A stretch of DNA of 60,787 nucleotides, from the IMG/VR virus record IMGVR_UViG_3300044823_000252, positions 1 to 60,787 of that record. One strand, written 5' to 3'. The notes beneath the pieces are model-generated. The model saw only the letters and a program-made list of their open reading frames with translations, had not been told where the DNA came from and made no database searches. Below are positions 21,004-28,755 of the stretch, in pieces. Each line of letters begins with the position of its first letter. The first letter of the stretch is position 1. Made by a program: the position numbers and the translations under genes. This DNA comes from a virus (lineage: Duplodnaviria; Caudoviricetes).

Positions 21004-23079
21004 ATGACTACACTGGTGTTTCGCAACGGAGTCACCGCGCCCCGCGAGGGCGCGGACGTCGTCCATGAGCAGATGTGGCGCGCGCACGCGTACCGCAAAA
21101 ACCTCGCGCTCATCGAGCGCGGTCGGCGGTGGGCCGAGCGCCTGGCGCGGTCGACCTGCAGCGCGGAGATGGAGGCAGCCGAAGCAAAAGTCGCCGGGAT
21201 CGCGGCGGCGTGCGAGTGGCTCGGCGCCGAGATCCGGGTCGGGCGCAAGGTCACCCGATCGCGCAGCGAGACGGCGTCCGCGCGCCTGCAGATCGCCGCC
21301 GCGCGCGCCGCGGGCAAACAGGCGCGCGAGCAACTCTACGCGGTGCGGGCGCGCTACGCGTCGCAGTGCAAGGAGTGCCGCAAGCTCAAGAGCGAGCAGA
21401 ACCCGTGCCCGCACGCCTCGGCGGAGGCGCGCGCGCTGCGCGACGCGATCGACACCATCGACACGATGGCTAACGAGATCGTCAAGAACGCCCGCCACCA
21501 CTCGGGTGTGTGGTGGGGCACGTACCTGATCGTCGAGCGCGCGCACCGCGCGAGCTGTGCGGCGCCGCTCTACGATAAAGACGGCGTCACGCCGCACGAC
21601 CCGGACTTGCCGCCACCGTGGGACGGCTCGGGGACCGTGGGCGTGCAGATCCAGTCGACTCGACCGCTGACGGTCGAGGGAGCGCTCGCGCAGAAGGACT
21701 CCAGGCTGCGGATCGGTGCCCCCCCGTGGCCCGAAGAGTGGCTCGCGAGCGCTACGCTCGCAGCGCGTCCCCCACGTCGAGAGGATAGCATCGTAGGGAG
21801 CGGTCGCGGCCGCCGTCCACCGGGGATCTTGCCAGGTCGTAAAGGTGAGCCGGACCAGCCTGCGCCGGCGACGCGACCCGACGGCACGCCAGCGCGCTGG
21901 GTGCGTGACCGTGCGGCGCGGCACGGCGAGCTCAGGTTGTGCGTAGACACCGACGAGCATCGCCGGCCGATCTGGGCGACATTCCGGCTCGACTACCACC
22001 GGCCGCTACCGGCCGGTGCGTCCATCACCTGGGCCGCCGTCCACCGGCGCGCGCGCGGGCCGCACAGTGAGTGGAGCCTCTGCCTGACGGTCAACACGCC
22101 GGATACCGTGACCGTTCCCCAGGTCCCGGACCGCCCGACCGTCGCCGTCGACGTGGGCTGGCGGTTGATAGACGGGGCGATCCGCGTCGCGGCTTGGCAC
22201 GACTCGAACGGGAAAAGCGGCGAGCTACGGCTGACCGTTGCCGACGTCCACGTGCTCCGCATGCACGCGGACGTGCGCAGCGAGCGCGACCGCGCGTTCG
22301 ACATCTGCAAGACGAACCTGAAGCGGTGGATCAATGTCTCTCCGGTCGCGACGGAGTGGATGCGGGACGCCGCGCGCGTGATGCACGCGTGGCGCCGCCC
22401 GGCCAAGCTGGTCCGCCTGCTCCGTCGCTGGGAGAGTGAGCGGCCGGACCGAGACGCCGCCGAGGACGCCGCGCTCCAGGCTGTCCGGGCGTGGGCGATG
22501 GGTGACTGGGCGCGGTGGGCCACCGAGGAAGCGTGTCGCGTGCGCGGGCTGCGACGCCGGCGCGACAAGTACCGCTGCTTCGCCGCGGAGCTCACGCGCG
22601 CGTACGGCACGATCGTGATCGAGCAGTTCGACCTGCGGGTGGTCGCCACCCGGAAAGCGACCGGGGCGGACGACGCCGAGAACGAGGTCGCGCGCAGCAA
22701 CCGCCAGCTCGCCGCCGTGAGCGAACTGCGCGACTGCCTGATATCGACCGCTCCGCGTCGCGGCACCCAGATCGCGGCCGTAGACGCCGCGTACACGACC
22801 AGCACGTGCCCGGCGTGTGGGCTCGTGGCCGACCGGGAGCCCGCCCTGCGGGTGCGCCTGCGCTGCACGTGTGGTCACGAGTGGGACCAGGACCGGGAGG
22901 GTGCGGCCCCGCTGCTGCTCCAGCGGTGGTGCGAGCGGCCCGGCGACGCGAAGATCGTGGCGGCCGCTCGCGACGACGGTAAGGATGCAGAAGACAAGGC
23001 GAAGAAGAGTGAACGGTGGGCGCGTGCGCGCCGGATGGGAGCCGCCAAGAAGGTCCGGGTGGCGAGCGCTCGAAAGTAG
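21004..23079 (+). CDS. cas12: Type V CRISPR effector, Cas12m-like (V-U1/V-M), TnpB-derived RuvC protein
   Basis: RuvC-I VAVD383VGWR, RuvC-II IVIE540QFDL, Zn finger TSTCPACG..CTCG, RuvC-III WDQD630. N-terminus EQMWRAHAYRKNLALIER plus a long coiled coil resembles Cas12m. GGGAG RBS; CRISPR array starts 41 bp downstream. Confidence 0.88.
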   Translation: MTTLVFRNGVTAPREGADVVHEQMWRAHAYRKNLALIERGRRWAERLARSTCSAEMEAAEAKVAGIAAACEWLGAEIRVGRKVTRSRSETASARLQIAAARAAGKQAREQLYAVRARYASQCKECRKLKSEQNPCPHASAEARALRDAIDTIDTMANEIVKNARHHSGVWWGTYLIVERAHRASCAAPLYDKDGVTPHDPDLPPPWDGSGTVGVQIQSTRPLTVEGALAQKDSRLRIGAPPWPEEWLASATLAARPPRREDSIVGSGRGRRPPGILPGRKGEPDQPAPATRPDGTPARWVRDRAARHGELRLCVDTDEHRRPIWATFRLDYHRPLPAGASITWAAVHRRARGPHSEWSLCLTVNTPDTVTVPQVPDRPTVAVDVGWRLIDGAIRVAAWHDSNGKSGELRLTVADVHVLRMHADVRSERDRAFDICKTNLKRWINVSPVATEWMRDAARVMHAWRRPAKLVRLLRRWESERPDRDAAEDAALQAVRAWAMGDWARWATEEACRVRGLRRRRDKYRCFAAELTRAYGTIVIEQFDLRVVATRKATGADDAENEVARSNRQLAAVSELRDCLISTAPRRGTQIAAVDAAYTTSTCPACGLVADREPALRVRLRCTCGHEWDQDREGAAPLLLQRWCERPGDAKIVAAARDDGKDAEDKAKKSERWARARRMGAAKKVRVASARK

Positions 23080-23120
23080 GTCTGCAACGACCAAGGATCC
23101 TTGACAATTTATAAGCGGCT
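23080..23120 (+). promoter_or_regulatory. Short CRISPR leader
   Basis: AT-rich TTGACAATTTATAAG tract just before repeat 1, in otherwise GC-rich DNA. Confidence 0.6.
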
Positions 23121-24677
23121 GTCGCGACGGCAGCGGGGTCGATCGAAGACTCCGACGACCACAGCCCGGTCATGCTCGCCCTCTTCGACGGCGTCGCGAC
23201 GGCAGCGGGGTCGATCGAAGACTCCGACGTACCGATCGACGAGAGCCATGGCGGAAGACCTCCTGAGGTCGCGACGGCAGCGGGGTCGATCGAAGACTCC
23301 GACCGCCATCCCCGACCACCTCCGCCCTGACGCCCCTGGTCGCGACGGCAGCGGGGTCGATCGAAGACTCCGACATCAAGCTGTGCTGGAAGTGCGCTTC
23401 GCACCCGCGGTCGCGACGGCAGCGGGGTCGATCGAAGACTCCGACAGGTGACCCACCTCGCTGTTGCCCATCTGCCCCGGCGTCGCGACGGCAGCGGGGT
23501 CGATCGAAGACTCCGACACGCCGCTCGCGGTCTGGCCGGCGTTCACGGCGCCAAGTCGCGACGGCAGCGGGGTCGATCGAAGACTCCGACGATGCCATCT
23601 TGCGGCGCTAGCGGGGACACTCGGGGTCGCGACGGCAGCGGGGTCGATCGAAGACTCCGACGTGCTCCATCGTCTCGCCTCGCCTCCGAAGGTGACGCCA
23701 AGTCGCGACGGCAGCGGGGTCGATCGAAGACTCCGACTTGTTGCTGCCGGCGGAGCCACTCGTCCGCGCGCGCAAGTCGCGACGGCAGCGGGGTCGATCG
23801 AAGACTCCGACATCTCGAGGCAGTGGCCTTAATAGCCGCGCAGCGCGTCGCGACGGCAGCGGGGTCGATCGAAGACTCCGACACGGAGGGACCTGCCTTG
23901 CGGGGGAGCCGCTCTCTGGTCGCGACGGCAGCGGGGTCGATCGAAGACTCCGACGATGCCATCTTGCGGCGCTAGCGGGGACACTCGGGGTCGCGACGGC
24001 AGCGGGGTCGATCGAAGACTCCGACGGGGGGCACGTTGGGACCTGCTCGCCAACCGGGGAGCTGGTCGTGACGGCAGCGGGGTCGATCGAAGACTCCGAC
24101 GGGCTAACAGCCGCGGGCGCCGCCGCAGGTGCACTAGTCGCGACGGCAGCGGGGTCGATCGAAGACTCCGACCCACCACCTGACCGAGCGTCTCCGTTTC
24201 GTTTGTGAGTCGCGACGGCAGCGGGGTCGATCGAAGACTCCGACACTGACCATCGGCGTCGTCCCCCTTCACCACCCGCAAGAGTCGCGACGGCAGCGGG
24301 GTCGATCGAAGACTCCGACCGTGGATCTCGCCACCGTCGAATGACGGGCCCGACGTCGCGACGGCAGCGGGGTCGATCGAAGACTCCGACCCAGTCACGC
24401 GCCGAGGTCTCCGTCACCCGCGGACCGTCGCGACGGCAGCGGGGTCGATCGAAGACTCCGACGGGCTAACAGCCGCGGGCGCCGCCGCAGGTGCACTAGT
24501 CGCGACGGCAGCGGGGTCGATCGAAGACTCCGACGCCATATCGTCCATCGTCACGCCGGTCACGGGCAGGTCGCGACGGCAGCGGGGTCGATCGAAGACT
24601 CCGACCGCGTCGTAGTACGCGCCTACGACGATGCTCGCGATGTCGCGACGGCAGCGGGGTCGATCGAAGACTCCGAC
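23121..24677 (+). CRISPR. CRISPR array: 22 repeats of 36 nt (GTCGCGACGGCAGCGGGGTCGATCGAAGACTCCGAC), 21 spacers of 35-40 nt (19 unique)
   Basis: Counted directly. Only repeat 14 (24065) differs (C>T at position 5). The 3' hairpin CGGGGTC-GATCGAA-GACTCCG followed by AC supports + orientation. Spacer 7 = 12 and 14 = 19. Confidence 0.99.
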
Positions 24678-25138
24678 GGCGTCGCGGGCATGATGTACGC
24701 GGCGGAGTAGAGCCGATCCCCGCCCGCCATCGTGCGGGAGAGGAGCTCGTCGTATCGTTCGAAACGGAACTCCCGGAACGAAACGCCTCCGAAGGCGCGC
24801 ACGAGGAGAGACCAGGTGTCGATGCGGTTGAAGAGCTTGAACAGCAGGGTGCGGAAGAACACCTCGCGCGGTGCCTGGTCCCCCTCGCAGATCACACGCC
24901 GGATGAGAAACTGGCTCACCCGATCCGATGCGCGATAGGCGTTCGTGAACTTGTAGGCGCCGAGGATCGGGTCCTTCGTCCACTGTCCTAGGGGCTCCTG
25001 GATGCGGCGGAAAAAGATGGCTTGGCGCTCGCACGCGAACCGCCAGTACGTGTCGTAGACCTCGCTCGGGATCACCGGCGAGAGCTTGGCGAAGACGAAC
25101 GGCGCGCGCGCGCGACCATGTTCGGACGGGGTCGTCAT
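24678..25138 (-). pseudogene. 3'-truncated aGPT-Pplase1 / 5hmdU-DNA-kinase-family (thymine hypermodification) gene
   Basis: YWRFACERQAIFFRR..WTKDPILGAYKFTNAYRASDRVSQ..LFKLFNRIDTW..YSAAYIMP, then the frame runs straight into the last CRISPR repeat. Confidence 0.75.
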
Positions 25139-25230
25139 GACGCGGAGGCGCGGTACGTCGCACCGCACGGCTTGCAGAGCGTGGCACCGTCATCGGTGAG
25201 CCAGAAGTGGTGGGTCAGGTGCTTCACGAC

Positions 25231-25890
25231 TCAACCGCCCCCGTCGACCGGTGGCGCGACCTGACCCTTGGCGGTCACGGCTACCCGAACCAGATGCTCG
25301 TACGCGGCTTGCGGCGAGTCGCCGCGCCCGATCGGCGCATCCCGGTAGTCGCTCCAGAACTCCTTGCACGCGATGTCGCCCGACTGGTGATGATCCAGCC
25401 ACCCGGGATCACCGACCCATGCGATCCACTCACCACCCTCGTACGCTCCCCCGTATCGAGTCCCAAAGATCACCACGTCGTACCCGTGCAGACCGTTCTC
25501 GATGCGCTGCCACATCCACCGAGTGCGCTCCGCGCGCTGCGCCACCTGCGTCAGTCGCGTCTGTCGGTCCCAACCCGGCAGGCGCCGCCGCTCGACCACC
25601 TGCCCGCGCTTGTGCGCGCGCTCGATGCCGGCGAGCATCCCCGACGTGACACCGAGATCTTCGTAGACGGCGATCAGGTCTGCGTGCTCGCCCCACGCGA
25701 ATCCGGCGCGGATGCCGCGCGCGCGCTCTTCAGGGACGTCGTCACGTAGGACGCCTCTCTGGGTCAAGAGGCCGTGGCTCGCGTAGGGGCTCTCGCCGCG
25801 CGCGAGGCAGTCCGCCATCGCGGCTCTGAGGTAACGGAGGTTCCGATCCACATCACCCGCGTACGGAGACTCAATGACGACTAGCTTCAC
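25231..25890 (-). CDS. Nucleoside-deoxyribosyltransferase-like phage protein fused to an extra domain
   Basis: KLVVIESPYAGDVDRNLRY..GESPYASH..LRDDVPEERARGI..GVTSGM. Confidence 0.6.
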   Translation of the reverse strand: MKLVVIESPYAGDVDRNLRYLRAAMADCLARGESPYASHGLLTQRGVLRDDVPEERARGIRAGFAWGEHADLIAVYEDLGVTSGMLAGIERAHKRGQVVERRRLPGWDRQTRLTQVAQRAERTRWMWQRIENGLHGYDVVIFGTRYGGAYEGGEWIAWVGDPGWLDHHQSGDIACKEFWSDYRDAPIGRGDSPQAAYEHLVRVAVTAKGQVAPPVDGGG

Positions 25891-26104
25891 GGGCGCACCT
25901 CCGGACACTCGCACTTGAACCACGTCCACCCGGACGGCACCACGAGTCTCGCTCGCGGGTCACTGCACTTGGTGAAGTAGCCGTCAGGCGCGTGAACCTC
26001 ATCGACACACGGCCCAGGACGCGCGCGTTCGAAGTAGACCAACGCGTAGACCGCGCACACGATCGTGACGCACGCGATGACGGCAGACACTGCTGCTCGA
26101 TCGC

Positions 26105-26281
26105 TCATCGACGTCTCCCTTTCGCTTCGAGCCCGCGCTCGATGAGCAGCCGCACGACCTCGTTGAGGCTCGGCTTGATGCCGTTGGCCTTCGCGATGCG
26201 CCCCTGCTCGACCAGGATCCTGTCCCGGATGCGCTTGGAGACTCGCGCTCCGAGTACGATGTCGTACGTCTCTTCCGGCAT
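26105..26281 (-). CDS. Ribbon-helix-helix DNA-binding protein
   Basis: IVLGARVSKRIRDRI..SLNEVVRLLIERGL; sits at a divergent junction. Confidence 0.65.
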   Translation of the reverse strand: MPEETYDIVLGARVSKRIRDRILVEQGRIAKANGIKPSLNEVVRLLIERGLEAKGRRR

Positions 26282-26308
26282 TGGCGCTATCAACCGTAGC
26301 GAATGTTG

Positions 26309-26336
26309 TTGTCGAACGCAACGCCCGAGTTAGAAT
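26309..26336 (+). promoter_or_regulatory. Sigma70-like promoter
   Basis: TTGTCG-N16-TAGAAT in the divergent gap. Confidence 0.45.
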
Positions 26337-26785
26337 CTACCGCTGCGTAGCGACCTTGACTTCCATGCTGGATGCTGCCGAGGTGCGCGGCAAGAATCAA
26401 AGGCCGTGAAACTCACCCATCGAGCGCGCAATTCAAGAGGAAACGATGTCACAAAGCGAAGAGCCGCGAGCGTTCCTGGCATGGTGCTACGAGGTCGTGC
26501 CCGAGGAGATGGCGATCATGACCAGAGCCGAGGTGGAGCGACGTGGGCTTCGCTCCGGCAAAGAGATTGGAGAGGCGATAGCTCGAATCGCCGTCGAGCG
26601 ACGACCAGCGTCTCAGGTGCTGGACTCCTTGGAGGAGCTTCTGGACGCGCCTCCGGTGGACTCGGCCGCCTACGTACTTCTGCTGGAGGAGTACGTCACG
26701 GCGCGCCTGCGTGAGGCAAAGTAAGGACGATTGCCGCACCCGCGTGCGCGCGGACAGCGAACAACTGCAAGAAAGGTAACGAGCC

Positions 26786-26917
26786 ATGCCGACCGGGTAC
26801 ACCGCCATCATCGAGGAACGGGCGGACCTCACGTTTCGGGACTTCGCGCTTCGGTGCGCACGTGAGAGGGCCGACGAACGCAAGTCGTGGATCGACGCTC
26901 TGTATGCGTCGCTGTAG
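26786..26917 (+). pseudogene. Internally deleted remnant of an MPTGYT-type phage protein
   Basis: 43 aa, MPTGYTAIIEE..TFRDFALRCAR joined directly to ERADERKSWIDALYASL*; AAAGG RBS. Confidence 0.5.
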
Positions 26918-28492
26918 GGACGAACCCAGTGCGCGCGGTGGAACGATGAGCCGACGGAATGGCAAGTGTCCTGGATGCGGAGCGTTGGTCACGGTGGATG
27001 ACGAAGCGCAGTCCGTCGTGCATGACGAACCCGTGTGTGAAGCGTTCGACACCGCCGCACGCGCCGGCGAGCAGCCGGAGGTACGTAGTGTGAACGCTGA
27101 GGCGGTCGATGCGCACCTGGACGCGCTTCGCCGCCGTGTCGAGGCCAGGCGGAGGCGCCCGTGATCCGCTTCGGCTGCTTCGACGGTGCTCCCAAGGTTC
27201 TTCGGAAATCGACCATCCTACGGCGCGCTCGCGAGAAGGGGATGCACGAGGCAGCGGCCGAGCTAGAGCGCGTCGCCGCGATGTTCCCGGAGTGCCCGCA
27301 CCACGGGAAGCTGGAGGATCCGATCGTCGGCCACGTCGGGACGCAGATCGCGATCTGCTGTCCGTGGTGCAGCGACCCGAAGGTGCTCGCCGCCTGGGAA
27401 GCCGAGGGTAGACGAGGTGTGGGTTGAGACGCGGCGGACCGGACAACGGACTATCGAAAAGCTGCGCGCGGACGCGGTCTCTACTGGTACGACTTCGTGT
27501 TCTCCAGGCGGAGGAATCCCTGATGGCCATGACGACAGATCAAGCCCGTGCAGTTCTCCGCCGCCGGATGCCGCCGCCGACCCGGCGGGTAGCCGAAGAA
27601 CCGCTCGACAGGCGCCTCGTACGGGGCTTCATCGAGCGCGAGCGCGATGCCGCCGAGGAGATCATCGATCGCGTGCCTGTCTTCAGCCGCAAGTACAACC
27701 TCGCCGTCGACCGGCTCGAGGAGATCCGGGATGTTCTCGAGGCGCTCGAAAGGGTCGCAGGATGATCGTCGTCAGCGTCGAGGTCTGGCCGGACGGTAGC
27801 AAGGAGGCGCGTCGCGTGATCCAAGTCGCGTCGATCTGGCATGTCAGCGGCGACCACGACGAGAGCGACTACAGCTACGCTCTGTCCAAGCCGGCTGTGC
27901 GGGGCACATCGTGCACGGCGGACCCGAAGGGGCTCGTTCGCGGCGAGGGCGTCTGGAAGAGCGGCAGCATCCTCGCGCACGTGTTCGGCCACGGCGCGCT
28001 CCGGCTCGTGCAGAAGTGCTTCGAGGCCGCCCTCCGCGGAGAGCCATGAATCCTTTGGCCCGTCTCGCCTACGACTCGCTCGGACGCCGCGACTGCTGGC
28101 TGCTCGCTATGCGCGTCGTGGTCATCGGGCTCATCGTCGGCGTATGGGGCCTCGGGCACATGAGGCCGGATCTGGCGTCGCTCAGCGCGAGATGACGAGC
28201 GTGACAGTCCTCCCTTTTCGCAGACCCAAGAAGAAAAGGGTCGATCAGCCCGCGGCGATCGAGGACGTCGCCCGATGTTCCGTGTGCGGGTGGCGCTTGC
28301 CGACTGTGGTGCGCGCCGACCGATCTGCCGTCAAGCGACCGATCACACTCTCCATCGACTGTCCAGAGTGCGGTGCGAACTTGATCCTGATGGTCGAGTT
28401 CACGTGATCCGGCTTATCACCCGGAGACTGCTGGCGAATGCACGCCGCGTTGGTGGATCGCGAGCCGCGTGCTGGCGAATTGCAAACTTTTC

Positions 28493-28522
28493 TTGACGGG
28501 GTCGAGTCTGCTTTCGTAAGGT
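28493..28522 (+). promoter_or_regulatory. Promoter upstream of the primase-helicase
   Basis: TTGACG-N18-TAAGGT. Confidence 0.45.
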
Positions 28523-28529
28523 CCCTCGT

Positions 28530-28670
28530 CGAGCCGCGTGGTCTAGCAACCCGGCGGCTTCGCCTCCCCGGAGAGGGGTCGCGCGATGGTGTTCGACGGG
28601 CGGGCCCTCCCACCCGCGATTGCTACCGTGCGGGCCCGACAGCGCGTCCTCTCCCCGGGGCGGCGGTTTC
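28530..28670 (+). ncRNA. Candidate structured leader RNA (possibly C4-antisense-like)
   Basis: Nested inverted repeats (gagccgc/gcggctt; ccccgg-agagg/cctct-ccgggg) and loop TAGCAA complementary to downstream TTGCTA. Confidence 0.3.
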
Positions 28671-28755
28671 TTGACGTGCACACCGGGAGAGTTTTGATGA
28701 CGACCGATATCTCGGTCGCGAGCCGCGCTCGCGCTCGCAACCGGCAAGAGTGGTG

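Noticed and set aside
21004-23079. Ordinary IS-associated TnpB
   Set aside because: It is too long, has no adjacent tnpA or IS end hairpins, has a Cas12m-like N-terminus, and directly abuts a CRISPR array.
23101-23130. TTGACA in the leader as a -35 box
   Set aside because: No matching -10 at 16-18 bp (that position falls in the GC-rich repeat); kept only as a leader feature.
23157-24641. Self-targeting spacers
   Set aside because: Only short matches of ~10-12 nt were noticed by eye (e.g. spacer 15 vs ~50519-50530). This is not evidence; a proper alignment is needed.
23101-24700. Many ORFs with SESSIDPAAVAT / VATAAGSIEDSD repeats
   Set aside because: These are translations of the stop-free CRISPR repeat, not proteins.
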